DNA of 64,000 bases from an uncultured Lachnospiraceae bacterium (lineage in GTDB: Bacteria > Bacillota > Clostridia > Lachnospirales > Lachnospiraceae). The notes beneath the pieces were generated by a model. The model did not search any database, had not been told where the DNA came from, and saw nothing but the letters and a program-made list of their open reading frames with translations. Position numbers and translations under genes: made by a program. The stretch covers positions 6,389 to 70,388 of the forward strand of contig CAZNEZ010000006.1 of NCBI GenBank assembly GCA_964572475.1. Reading direction: 5' to 3'. Every line of letters begins with the position of its first letter. Within the stretch, counting starts at the first letter, position 1. This document shows, one piece after another, positions 48,100-57,750 of this stretch.

Positions 48100-49272
48100 A
48101 TGAAAGCAATTAAAAAAACTATTGAATGGATTAAAAATAAAACAAAAAATAAAAAAGTAAAGATAGTACTTAAGATAGTTGGAGCATTACTGGCGATGTT
48201 AATTGCAGGTGGAATAGGAATAGGCTTAGCATTTGGTGAAAAAGCTGGAGATCCTCTTACATTTGCAAAAAAGTATTTTGACAGCTATGCAACTCAGAAT
48301 TGGAAGACAATGTATGATATGATAGATGTTAAAGAAAGCGCTTTTGTTAATTATAAGTCCTTTGAGCAGAAGATGGTATCTGAAAAAGTATATGGGGGAT
48401 ATTCAGATTATGAGTTTGGAGAAACAAAAGAGATAGATGGTAAAACCCATATTGTTGTAACATATGTAAGAGCTTCTAATCAAGAACAAGGAGAACTGGA
48501 TATAGTCCTTGAGAAGCAATCAAAGAAGACATTTTTATTTTTCTCTACTTGGAAGGTAAACATTGACGACTGGATTATTGATGAATCAAAAGTAACTGTA
48601 CCAAGTGGTATAACCATTGAATTTGATAGTAATGATATCAGTGGATATGATAAACAAGAGAATGAAAATACAGAAACATATAGTTTGGGTAGAGTATTTG
48701 TGGGTGAACACAATTATACAATTAAGTCTGCATATATTGATTCAACAACAACAGCCGTAGATATTTCAAAAGACAGCCCAGATTATGAAATCAAACCAGA
48801 AGATCTTAGCATGAAAGCAGACCAGCTTGAGGATATAAAGAATAGAGGATTAGATATTATTGTAAGTATGTATGCTTCTGCAATGGAGGAGAGTGGAACG
48901 GATAATATTCTTTCTAAGGTAGATACAGGTGATGAAACTAAGACTAAGATGAATGAGTGCTATCAGACATTAGTAAATGCAGTTAACCAAGAGGATGGGG
49001 CAACGCTTCTTAGTATGAATATAGATAAATATACATCATATCTATTTAGATATGGATATCCACTAGAAGCTGAGATAAAGGTAGACTTTGAATGTAGCTT
49101 TACAGCGAGAACAGGTAATAATTTTAATAAACTTAATTATTATCAGACAGTAAGAAAGAAATACGAAGGAACAGCAAGTGGAACAGCAAGTGTAGTGTTT
49201 AGACTTAATGGAGATACGTGGACTGCTACAGATATTAACCTTGAATGTTTTGATTATAGCTATCAAGGATAA
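48100..49272 (+). CDS. membrane-anchored hypothetical protein
   Basis: K-rich N-terminus and a TM helix (IVGALLAMLIAGGIGIGLAF), then a ~330-aa external region. No motif recognised. SD GGAGAAG. Confidence 0.55.
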   Translation: MKAIKKTIEWIKNKTKNKKVKIVLKIVGALLAMLIAGGIGIGLAFGEKAGDPLTFAKKYFDSYATQNWKTMYDMIDVKESAFVNYKSFEQKMVSEKVYGGYSDYEFGETKEIDGKTHIVVTYVRASNQEQGELDIVLEKQSKKTFLFFSTWKVNIDDWIIDESKVTVPSGITIEFDSNDISGYDKQENENTETYSLGRVFVGEHNYTIKSAYIDSTTTAVDISKDSPDYEIKPEDLSMKADQLEDIKNRGLDIIVSMYASAMEESGTDNILSKVDTGDETKTKMNECYQTLVNAVNQEDGATLLSMNIDKYTSYLFRYGYPLEAEIKVDFECSFTARTGNNFNKLNYYQTVRKKYEGTASGTASVVFRLNGDTWTATDINLECFDYSYQG

Positions 49273-49289
49273 GAGCAAAGGAGAAATCT

Positions 49290-49853
49290 ATGGGAACATT
49301 TTCAGATGTATTTAAGAGAAATGAGATTGTTAGAAAAGCAAGTTCTCTTAGAAAAGCAGAACCTGTTGAAAGGAAAAACTTGGTTCAAGAAGAAAGAATT
49401 ACAGAAGAACGAAAGATTTTATTAGCGATTAATAATAAGATTGAGATGCTTCAGAACCAGAATAGCGAGAATTCTAAGTGCCTTAAAGAGCTATCAGAGA
49501 AGATAGGTAACGATCTTGGTAACTTGATGAAAGCTGAGAGTGAAAAAACGATTGAAGTTGTAGATATGAGTGAAGTTCTTACGGATATTGATAAAGTATA
49601 CCAGACGTCTGTTAAGACTTCGGAAGACATTAATGATAATATTTCTTCTATGAGTGAAGATATAGAAGCTCTTAAGAATTCAATATATTCAGAGAGTGAA
49701 AGAACAAAGGTCAAACTAGATGAGTTTACAGAGATTATTGCAGAATCACAAAGAAGAAAGCTAATTGGTGTAAAGGCATTAATTGTTATTAATATTTGGC
49801 TTTCTTTATTGTCAGCAGCAGTTCTTATTTTAAATATATTAGATATAATTTAA
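49290..49853 (+). CDS. coiled-coil, C-terminally anchored hypothetical protein
   Basis: E/K/S-rich heptad-like sequence with a single C-terminal TM helix (ALIVINIWLSLLSAAVLILNIL). SD AAGGAGA. Confidence 0.5.
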   Translation: MGTFSDVFKRNEIVRKASSLRKAEPVERKNLVQEERITEERKILLAINNKIEMLQNQNSENSKCLKELSEKIGNDLGNLMKAESEKTIEVVDMSEVLTDIDKVYQTSVKTSEDINDNISSMSEDIEALKNSIYSESERTKVKLDEFTEIIAESQRRKLIGVKALIVINIWLSLLSAAVLILNILDII

Positions 49854-49895
49854 GGCGTAGCATATTTGAAGAAGTGCGCAGGAATGGAGAAGAAT

Positions 49896-50588
49896 ATGTC
49901 ATCATTTGTGAAAGATATCGAACCATACCTTGGAACAGGAGAAGTGAATGAGGAAGGTCTTACTCTAAAAGAGTTTCTTGACGCTTATGATCCAAGAAGG
50001 TATGAAACACCATCAAATACAGTTGATATGCTTGTATTTTCTTTTAATGAGGAAACAAGAGCATTTAGATTACTTATGATTAAGAGAAAAAATCATCCAT
50101 CTATAGGATATTGGGCACTTCCAGGAGGTTTTGCAAATATGGATGAAGATTTGGATGTATCTGCAGCAAGAGAATTATTGGAAGAAACCGGAGTAAGTGG
50201 GATTGAATTTGAACAGTTAAAAACATATGGAGAAGCATATAGAGATCCAAGAACAAGAGTTATTACTACAGCATTTGTGGCAATAGTAGATGAAGCTCTC
50301 ATTAGAGTTGAACATAGTGATGATGCAGCGGATGCAGCTTGGTTTGACATTTCTATAGATAACCTGCAGGCAGCAGTAAAAGATGAGTTAAAAGAGATGC
50401 ACTATAGGATTACACTTGAGAACAAAGAAAGAGAATTATTTTTGGAAGCAGAAGTAGTTGAGACATTTAATAGAAGAGGATATTTAAAGAATAAAAAATA
50501 TAAAGTTATTAATGCAAATGGCATAGCTGCAGATCATCCTGCAATCATTACAGAAGGATATTTAAAAGTATTGGAGGCTGTAGAGTAA
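49896..50588 (+). CDS. NUDIX hydrolase
   Basis: Nudix box GGFANMDEDLDVSAARELLEETGV. Start uncertain: TTG 49866, ATG 49884 or ATG 49896 (the last has the best SD spacing). Confidence 0.8.
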   Translation: MSSFVKDIEPYLGTGEVNEEGLTLKEFLDAYDPRRYETPSNTVDMLVFSFNEETRAFRLLMIKRKNHPSIGYWALPGGFANMDEDLDVSAARELLEETGVSGIEFEQLKTYGEAYRDPRTRVITTAFVAIVDEALIRVEHSDDAADAAWFDISIDNLQAAVKDELKEMHYRITLENKERELFLEAEVVETFNRRGYLKNKKYKVINANGIAADHPAIITEGYLKVLEAVE

Positions 50589-51151
50589 TGTCAAAACAAA
50601 TATGGAAACCAGGGAATATGATTTACCCGCTTCCGGCTGTAATGGTAAGCGTTACAGATGGTAAAGGTAATGATAATATTTTGACAGTAGCATGGACAGG
50701 GACCGTATGTACTAATCCACCAATGGCATATATTTCAGTAAGACCAGAAAGATATTCATATAAGATGATTAAGGAAACGGGAGAATTTGTAATTAATCTT
50801 ACAACTAAAGAGCTAGTTAAGGCGACCGATTATTGCGGTGTTAAATCCGGTAAGGATGTAGATAAGTTTAAAATGATGAAACTTACTAAGGAAGCTGCTG
50901 ATTACATACAGGCTCCAATGATAGCGGAAAGTCCAGTGAATATTGAGTGCAGGGTAAGGGATATAAAAAGTTATGGTTCACATGATATGTTTATATCAGA
51001 TGTGCTTGCAGTACACGCCGACGACAGATATATGAACGAGTCAGGCAGGTTTGATCTTTCAATGGCAGAGCCAATAATATATTCTCACGGTGAGTATTAT
51101 GTTACAGGTGAAAAACTTGGAACATTTGGATATAGTATAAAAAAGCATTAA
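50588..51151 (+). CDS. flavin reductase-like (FMN-binding split-barrel) protein
   Basis: PLPAVMVSV...NILTVAWTGTV...PPMAYISVRP pattern of the flavin reductase domain family. TAATG overlap with the Nudix gene. Confidence 0.75.
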   Translation: MSKQIWKPGNMIYPLPAVMVSVTDGKGNDNILTVAWTGTVCTNPPMAYISVRPERYSYKMIKETGEFVINLTTKELVKATDYCGVKSGKDVDKFKMMKLTKEAADYIQAPMIAESPVNIECRVRDIKSYGSHDMFISDVLAVHADDRYMNESGRFDLSMAEPIIYSHGEYYVTGEKLGTFGYSIKKH

Positions 51152-51167
51152 CAGATATGGAGTTAAA

Positions 51168-52415
51168 ATGAATAGAATAATATTTCATATTGATGTAAAT
51201 TCAGCATTTCTAAGCTGGACAGCAATAAAATTGCTAGAGGAAGGCAAAGATAATGCTGTTAATACAGACATTAGAGAAATAGCCAGCATTATCGGTGGAG
51301 ATCAACAGATACGCCATGGAGTGGTGCTGGCAAAGTCAACTTCTGCTAAAAAGTACGGAATAGTTACAGGAGAGCCTATTGTAAATGCACTTAAAAAATG
51401 TCCTAATCTAAGAATTGTTAATCCAGATATGGAATATTATAAAGAGCAGAGTCATAAATTTATAAAGTTGTTACTAGAATACACACCTGAAATAGAACAA
51501 GTTAGCATAGATGAATGTTATATGGATTTTACATCTATAAAAAAGAAATTTAATTCACCTATGGAAGCAGCTGTTATTATTAAGGACAGAATATACAAAG
51601 AACTTGGATTTACTGTTAATATTGGCATTTCAGATTGTAAACTATTGGCTAAAATGGCATCTGATTTTCAAAAGCCTAACAAAGTTCATACATTATATAG
51701 AAACGAAATACAAAAGAAAATGTGGCCTTTACCGATTGAAGAATTATTGATGGTAGGAAAGTCAAGCGCAAAAACCCTTAGGAATCTTGGTATAAAAACA
51801 ATAGGTGAGCTTGCAGGGACACCTCAGGATATAATAATATCAAATATGAAGAGTCATGGTAAGATGATATGGGAATATGCAAATGGAATAGATGATTCTA
51901 AGGTAGAAACAGAGCAAATTGCGAATAAAGGTGTTGGAAATTCTACGACTATGCCTGAAGATACAGATAATCCAGAGATTATTTCAAGAGTATTAATGCA
52001 GCTATCAGATAGTGTGTCAGAAAGACTCAGAAAGATGGATATGAAAGCAGGAATGGTTAGCGTTGAGGTGAAATACAATAACTTTGCTAGGAAATCACAT
52101 CAGGAAATATTACAGAAACCTACAAATATCCCAGATATTATTCATGAGAGTGCATATAGACTTTTTTTAGAGATGTGGGATAAAACACCTATAAGACTTC
52201 TTGGAATAAGGACATCTAAGTTAGTTGAACAGACTGAACCTATGCAGTTAAATATATTTGATGTAATTGAAAACATTGATAATTTAGAAAAAAATGGTAA
52301 AATATCAGAAGAGAAATTAATTAAAGCCCATAAAGCTGTAGATATTATTAATTCAAAGTATGGAAAAAATACTTTAGTCAGAGGAAGCAGTTTAGAAAAT
52401 CACAAAGATAGTTGA
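51168..52415 (+). CDS. dinB: DNA polymerase IV (Y-family)
   Basis: IFHIDVNSAFLSW, SIDECYMD, SDCKLLAKMASD, LPIEELLMVGKSSAKTLRNLGIKTIGEL. Confidence 0.88.
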   Translation: MNRIIFHIDVNSAFLSWTAIKLLEEGKDNAVNTDIREIASIIGGDQQIRHGVVLAKSTSAKKYGIVTGEPIVNALKKCPNLRIVNPDMEYYKEQSHKFIKLLLEYTPEIEQVSIDECYMDFTSIKKKFNSPMEAAVIIKDRIYKELGFTVNIGISDCKLLAKMASDFQKPNKVHTLYRNEIQKKMWPLPIEELLMVGKSSAKTLRNLGIKTIGELAGTPQDIIISNMKSHGKMIWEYANGIDDSKVETEQIANKGVGNSTTMPEDTDNPEIISRVLMQLSDSVSERLRKMDMKAGMVSVEVKYNNFARKSHQEILQKPTNIPDIIHESAYRLFLEMWDKTPIRLLGIRTSKLVEQTEPMQLNIFDVIENIDNLEKNGKISEEKLIKAHKAVDIINSKYGKNTLVRGSSLENHKDS

Positions 52416-52463
52416 AAAATTTTAAGTGATAAAATATACATTATAAGAAAAGGATAGTAAAAA

Positions 52464-52955
52464 ATGGATAATTTAGTTTTAATAGGAATGCCAGGAGTTG
52501 GAAAGAGTACAATAGGCGTCGTTCTGGCAAAAATTCTAGGATATAGATTCATTGACGCGGACATACTAATTCAAGAACAGGAAAACAGATTATTAAAGGA
52601 CATAATTAACGAAGATGGCATTGATGGTTTTATTAAAATCGAGAATAGAGTTAATAGTCAGATTAATGTAGATAAGGCTATTATTGCTACAGGTGGAAGT
52701 GTAGTATATGGTGAAGAAGCAATGAAGCACTTAAAAAGTATAGGCAGGATTATCTATTTAAAACTTGATTACGATAGCATAAATGGAAGACTAGATAATA
52801 TAAAAGGAAGAGGAGTTGTCTTAAGAGAAGGACAAAGTCTGAAGGACATATATGATGAGCGAATTTCACTATATGAGAGCTATGCAGACATTGTTATAGA
52901 AGAAAAAGGACTTAATGTCGAAGAAACAATTGAACAAATCATTAAAAATATATAA
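52464..52955 (+). CDS. aroK: shikimate kinase
   Basis: Walker A GMPGVGKSTIG, DAD, ATGGSVV. 163 aa. Confidence 0.85.
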   Translation: MDNLVLIGMPGVGKSTIGVVLAKILGYRFIDADILIQEQENRLLKDIINEDGIDGFIKIENRVNSQINVDKAIIATGGSVVYGEEAMKHLKSIGRIIYLKLDYDSINGRLDNIKGRGVVLREGQSLKDIYDERISLYESYADIVIEEKGLNVEETIEQIIKNI

Positions 52956-53041
52956 AAAAACCTTTACAAATGGACAGATTCTTGTTAAAATAACTTTGTT
53001 ACAAAATTATTACAAAATCATTACGCCAATATTAGGCGAAT

Positions 53042-54583
53042 GTGAAGGTTGGATTGGGCATGCATTTATTTACGAAGTATTATAAAAAGATGACACTTGT
53101 ATATATAGCCTCGGCAATGGTTATATGTTTAGCAATGTTATTTGTATTTCCGTGGTTTAGAACAATTGATAGTAAGACAGGCTATTATCTTGTAGTTATC
53201 AATGATGTTGAGATTGGAGCAGCTAAAACTGCTGGAGAAGCAGAGGATGCATATCTTAACGCAAGATTAAGACTTGAAACAGAAGAAGGAACTCTATTAT
53301 ATTTAGATACAGATTTCTCAATATATGAGCAGAGCAAATTAGTAGGAACTAGAATAGAAGCATCAGAACTAGAAGATAAAATCTATGATGTAATTAAAGA
53401 ATCAGAGGTGCAGGCTGAACAGCCAGCATATATGATTGATATTGATGGATATTCAATAACTCTTGCAAGCAAGGATGATGTAATTAAGCTACTTGAAGCG
53501 GCAAAGAGTAAATATGATGTTGATAATGTTTTTCATGCAGACCTTATTGAAAGTGATAACAGTGAATTTACATCAATATCATATAATATGGTTAAAGGTG
53601 GAACTGAAGCAAAAGAAGGCAATATTGTTCTTGCATCAGGACAAACCGAAGATTCAGTGGCAGCAGCAAAAGTAAATATCAACGATGAATCGGACAAGCT
53701 GGAAGGTCTGGCGTTTGGAGAGAATATTTCAATTGTTGAATCATACGTTTCATCAGACAAAATAATGTCAGTAGAAGATGCTATTGCAGAAGTTACAAAA
53801 GAAAAAGAAACAAATCAAGTATATGAAGTGCAGATTGGAGATTCTTTATATAAGATAGCAAAGAATCATAACCTTACACTTGATGAACTTTTAGCTATGA
53901 ATACTAGCCTTTCGGAAACAGATACAATAACTCCGGGAGATGAACTGATTGTAACAGTTCCAGAGCCTGAATTATCAGTAATAACAACCGAGAGTAAGAC
54001 ATATGAAGAAAACTATACATTGCCAGTACAGACGGTTTATGATGACAGTAAGTTTACAACTTATTCAAAAGTTATTACACAAGGAAGTGAAGGTTATAGA
54101 AAGGTAACTGCAAATGTTAGTTACAAGAATGGAACAGAGATAGCAAGAGATATAACCAATGAAGTAGTTATTACAGAAGCGGTTGCACAGGTAGTCATGG
54201 TAGGAACACAGACACCTCCAACGTATATTAAACCATTATCTGGTGGAAGAATTTCCTCATATTATGGACAGAGATGGGGAAGACTTCACGGTGGAGTAGA
54301 CTGGGCAACACCAATAGGTACAGCTATTAAAGCGTCATGTGGTGGAACAGTAATAAATGCAGGATGGTCAGGAAGCTATGGGTATTCAATACTTATTCAG
54401 CACCCAGATGGCAAACAGACAAGATATGCACACCTTAGTAAGATACTTGTAAAAGTTGGTCAGAAAGTTACACAGGGAGAGAAAATTGGTCTTAGTGGTA
54501 ACACTGGTAACAGTACAGGACCTCATTTACACTTTGAGATTATAGTTAATGGAAATAGAGTTAATCCATTAAAATATTTATAA
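53042..54583 (+). CDS. M23 family metallopeptidase with LysM and G5 domains
   Basis: N-terminal TM helix. LysM YEVQIGDSLYKIAKNHNLTLDELLAMN. G5-like segment (ITQGSEGYRKV...). M23 motifs HGGVDWA and GPHLHFEI. Start is GTG 53042 or ATG 53060. Confidence 0.85.
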   Translation: MKVGLGMHLFTKYYKKMTLVYIASAMVICLAMLFVFPWFRTIDSKTGYYLVVINDVEIGAAKTAGEAEDAYLNARLRLETEEGTLLYLDTDFSIYEQSKLVGTRIEASELEDKIYDVIKESEVQAEQPAYMIDIDGYSITLASKDDVIKLLEAAKSKYDVDNVFHADLIESDNSEFTSISYNMVKGGTEAKEGNIVLASGQTEDSVAAAKVNINDESDKLEGLAFGENISIVESYVSSDKIMSVEDAIAEVTKEKETNQVYEVQIGDSLYKIAKNHNLTLDELLAMNTSLSETDTITPGDELIVTVPEPELSVITTESKTYEENYTLPVQTVYDDSKFTTYSKVITQGSEGYRKVTANVSYKNGTEIARDITNEVVITEAVAQVVMVGTQTPPTYIKPLSGGRISSYYGQRWGRLHGGVDWATPIGTAIKASCGGTVINAGWSGSYGYSILIQHPDGKQTRYAHLSKILVKVGQKVTQGEKIGLSGNTGNSTGPHLHFEIIVNGNRVNPLKYL

Positions 54584-54587
54584 TAAT

Positions 54588-54637
54588 ATCAGCAAATATA
54601 TAATTCTGTCGAAATGTATATTTGCTGATTTATATTT
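54588..54637 (+). terminator. intrinsic terminator after the M23 peptidase gene
   Basis: ATCAGCAAATATA (54588-54600) / TATATTTGCTGAT (54617-54629): a perfect 13-bp stem followed by a T-rich tail. Confidence 0.65.
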
Positions 54638-54768
54638 ACAAATGAAAAGTTTGTGATATAATCTGTATATACTTGTTTAAGTTACATGATGATTTTACGT
54701 ATATTCAGAATAATTTTTGAATCTACCTGATACTATATATATAATACAATTGCATATCGAGGTGTATA

Positions 54769-56061
54769 ATGGAGAGATACATTATCAAAGGCGGCGCCCC
54801 TCTTTCAGGAGAGGTAAGCATTAGTGGTGCAAAAAATGCAGCACTTGCCATACTAGCAGCTTCAATTATGGCTGATGAAACAGTAACTATTGAGAATTTA
54901 CCGGACGTTAAGGATGTTAACGTACTTATTCAGGCTATAGAGGAGATTGGAGCACAGGTTAACAGAGTTGATAGACACTGTGTTAAGATTAATGGAAGTA
55001 CTATCAGATCAACAACAGCTGATGGAGAATTTATAAAGAAGATACGCGCATCATATTATCTTTTAGGAGCGCTTTTGGGCAAGTTTAAAAAAGCTGAAGT
55101 TACATTACCAGGAGGCTGCAATATTGGAAGCAGACCAATTGATCAGCATATAAAGGGATTTAAAGCTCTTGGAGCAAGCGTATGCATAGAACATGGCATG
55201 ATTATGACAGAAGCTAAGGAACTTAGTGGAAATCATATTTATTTTGATGTTGTTTCTGTTGGAGCAACAATTAACGTAATGCTTGCAGCTACATTGGCTG
55301 ATGGTAATACAACAATAGAGAACGCAGCAAAAGAACCTCATGTAGTAGATGTTGCCAATATGCTTAATAGTATGGGAGCCAACATAAAAGGTGCAGGAAC
55401 TGACGTTATTAGAATTGCTGGAGTTGAGAAGTTCCATGGATGTGAATATTCTGTTATTCCGGATCAAATTGAAGCAGGAACATTTATGTTTGTAGCAGCA
55501 GCAACCAAGGGTAATATTTTAGTTAAGAATGTAATACCCAAGCATCTTGAAGCCATAACATCAAAGCTTCTTGAGATGGGATGTACTATAGAAGAATATG
55601 ATGATGCTTTAAGAGTTATTGGAGCAGAAACAACAAAAAGTACCCATGTAAAAACACTTCCTTATCCAGGATTTCCTACAGATATGCAACCACAGATTAC
55701 AGTAGCATTAGCATTATCATCAGGAATGAGTGTTGTAACAGAGAGCATTTTTGAAAATAGATTTAAATATGTTGATGAGCTTGTAAGTATGGGTGCTAAT
55801 ATAAAAGTAGAAGGTAATAGCGCAATAGTAGAAGGTGTAAAAAAGTTTACAGGAGCGCAGGTTAGTGCGCTTGATCTTAGAGCTGGAGCAGCACTTGTGA
55901 TTGCAGGACTTGTGGCAGACGGATATACAATTATTGAAGATATAGAGTATATTCAAAGAGGTTATGAGAAGTTTGAAGATAAGCTCACTCCACTTGGTGC
56001 AAAGATAGAGATTGTATCTGATGAAAGAGATATTCAAAAGTTTAAACTTAAAGTAGGCTGA
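54769..56061 (+). CDS. murA: UDP-N-acetylglucosamine 1-carboxyvinyltransferase
   Basis: [15 protein letters not shown], active-site loop [15 protein letters not shown], 430 aa. Confidence 0.95.
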   Translation: MERYIIKGGAPLSGEVSISGAKNAALAILAASIMADETVTIENLPDVKDVNVLIQAIEEIGAQVNRVDRHCVKINGSTIRSTTADGEFIKKIRASYYLLGALLGKFKKAEVTLPGGCNIGSRPIDQHIKGFKALGASVCIEHGMIMTEAKELSGNHIYFDVVSVGATINVMLAATLADGNTTIENAAKEPHVVDVANMLNSMGANIKGAGTDVIRIAGVEKFHGCEYSVIPDQIEAGTFMFVAAATKGNILVKNVIPKHLEAITSKLLEMGCTIEEYDDALRVIGAETTKSTHVKTLPYPGFPTDMQPQITVALALSSGMSVVTESIFENRFKYVDELVSMGANIKVEGNSAIVEGVKKFTGAQVSALDLRAGAALVIAGLVADGYTIIEDIEYIQRGYEKFEDKLTPLGAKIEIVSDERDIQKFKLKVG

Positions 56062-56126
56062 TTGAAGCATTAATTCAAAATATAAAAACTGATATATAAA
56101 TAGTTTAAAATACCAAAATATTCTAC

Positions 56127-56155
56127 TTGACATATTGTCTGTCAAGATATATTAT
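56127..56155 (+). promoter_or_regulatory. sigma-A type promoter of the SAM riboswitch-metK unit
   Basis: TTGACA (56127-56132), 17 nt spacer, TATTAT (56150-56155). The spacer is spanned by the inverted repeat CTTGACA/TGTCAAG. Confidence 0.5.
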
Positions 56156-56204
56156 ATCACGTATAAAAGTTCATATTAGTGAAAGATTTATCTTTTACGT
56201 TTTT

Positions 56205-56345
56205 CTCTTATTCAGAGTGGTGGAGATACAAGGATCTGTGAAGCCCGGCAACCCCATATGGAAGGTGCCAACCTGAGCGAGTAATCGAGCAATAAGAGGA
56301 TTTGATTACCTTGATATCGAGTCCGCATTTGTGTGGACTTTTTTT
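56205..56345 (+). promoter_or_regulatory. SAM-I (S-box) riboswitch with terminator
   Basis: P1 CTCTTATT / AATAAGAG. Core AGAGTGGTGGAGATACAAGGATCTGTGAAGCCCGGCAACC...GGTGCCAACCTGAGC matches the S-box consensus. Terminator AGTCCGCA-TTTG-TGTGGACT followed by T7 (56320-56345). Upstream of metK. Confidence 0.88.
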
Positions 56346-56366
56346 ACTTTATAGGAAGCTACGCAG

Positions 56367-56433
56367 CAACATAGAACATTTAAGAAGAATACGAAGTATT
56401 CTTCCAAGTGTTCACGCTGGTGAACACTTTTTT
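56367..56433 (+). repeat. twin-hairpin intergenic element, copy 3 (inside the metK leader)
   Basis: CAACATAGAACATTTAA + GAAGAATAC-GAA-GTATTCTTC + CA + AAGTGTTCAC-GCTG-GTGAACACTT + T6. Flanked by a perfect 29-nt direct repeat (56340-56368 and 56428-56456). Confidence 0.9.
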
Positions 56434-56500
56434 ACTTTATAGGAAGCTACGCAGCAGCGTAATGTCACATATTTGTGATAAAACAGAAATGGAGGAAACA

Positions 56501-57688
56501 ATGGAAAAATTATTATTTACATCAGAATCAGTTACAGAAGGACATCCAGATAAAATGTGTGATGCTATTTCAGATGCAGTGCTTGATGCGCTTATGGAGC
56601 AGGATCCAATGAGCCGTGTTGCATGCGAGACTTGTACAACAACAGGTTTAGTTATGGTTATGGGAGAGATTACATCAAAAGCTAATATTAATATTCCAGA
56701 GATAGTAAGAAATACAGTAGCAGAGATTGGCTATACCAAGGCAGAATATGGATTTGATGCAAAAACTTGTGCAGTTATGGTTACACTTGATGAGCAGTCA
56801 GCAGATATTGCAATGGGAGTTGACAAGGCACTTGAGGCTAAAGAGAGCACAATGACAGATACAGAGCTTGATACTATTGGCGCTGGAGATCAGGGAATGA
56901 TGTTTGGATTTGCTTCAAATGAAACAGATGAATACATGCCATATCCTATAGCTCTTGCTCATAAGCTTGCTTTACAGCTTACAAAAGTTAGAAAAGATGG
57001 AACATTAAGATACTTAAGACCAGATGGTAAGACACAGGTAACAGTAGAATATGATGAAGCAGGTAAGCCAATTCACCTTAATGCAGTTGTATTATCAACA
57101 CAGCATGATGAAGATGTTACACAGGAGCAGATTCATAAAGACATTAAAAAGTATGTATTTGACCCAATTCTTCCTAAAGAGTTAGTTGATGATGATACTA
57201 ATTTCTTTATAAATCCAACAGGAAGATTTGTAGTTGGTGGACCACATGGAGACAGTGGACTTACAGGAAGAAAGATTATCGTTGATACTTATGGTGGATA
57301 TGCAAGACATGGCGGTGGAGCTTTTTCAGGTAAGGATTGCACAAAGGTTGATCGTTCAGCAGCTTATGCGGCAAGATATGTTGCTAAGAATATTGTTGCT
57401 GCTGGGTTAGCTGACAAATGTGAAATTCAGCTTTCATATGCTATCGGAGTTGCACATCCAACTTCAGTTATGGTTGATACATTTGGAACAGGCAAATTAT
57501 CAGATGATAAGGTTGTTGAGATTATTAGAGAGAACTTTGACTTAAGACCAGCTGGAATTATTAAGATGCTTGACCTCAGAAGACCAATATATAAACAAAC
57601 ATCTGCCTATGGACATTTTGGAAGAAATGATTTAAACTTACCATGGGAACAATTAAACAAAGTTGAAGCATTAAAAAAATATTTATAG
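56501..57688 (+). CDS. metK: S-adenosylmethionine synthetase
   Basis: [43 protein letters not shown] 56501 with SD GGAGGA. The listed 56408 start reads through the repeat element and is rejected. Confidence 0.95.
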   Translation: MEKLLFTSESVTEGHPDKMCDAISDAVLDALMEQDPMSRVACETCTTTGLVMVMGEITSKANINIPEIVRNTVAEIGYTKAEYGFDAKTCAVMVTLDEQSADIAMGVDKALEAKESTMTDTELDTIGAGDQGMMFGFASNETDEYMPYPIALAHKLALQLTKVRKDGTLRYLRPDGKTQVTVEYDEAGKPIHLNAVVLSTQHDEDVTQEQIHKDIKKYVFDPILPKELVDDDTNFFINPTGRFVVGGPHGDSGLTGRKIIVDTYGGYARHGGGAFSGKDCTKVDRSAAYAARYVAKNIVAAGLADKCEIQLSYAIGVAHPTSVMVDTFGTGKLSDDKVVEIIRENFDLRPAGIIKMLDLRRPIYKQTSAYGHFGRNDLNLPWEQLNKVEALKKYL

Positions 57689-57750
57689 AGAATTAGCAGA
57701 GATTGACCACCTAAGAGATGCTTCAGGGAAATGTATTGCGTGGGGTAAGC

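Noticed and set aside
56408-56500. Upstream extension of metK ([31 protein letters not shown]...)
   Set aside because: The extension reads through the repeat element and its T-run. A strong SD (GGAGGA) precedes ATG 56501, and that ATG gives the canonical MetK N-terminus.
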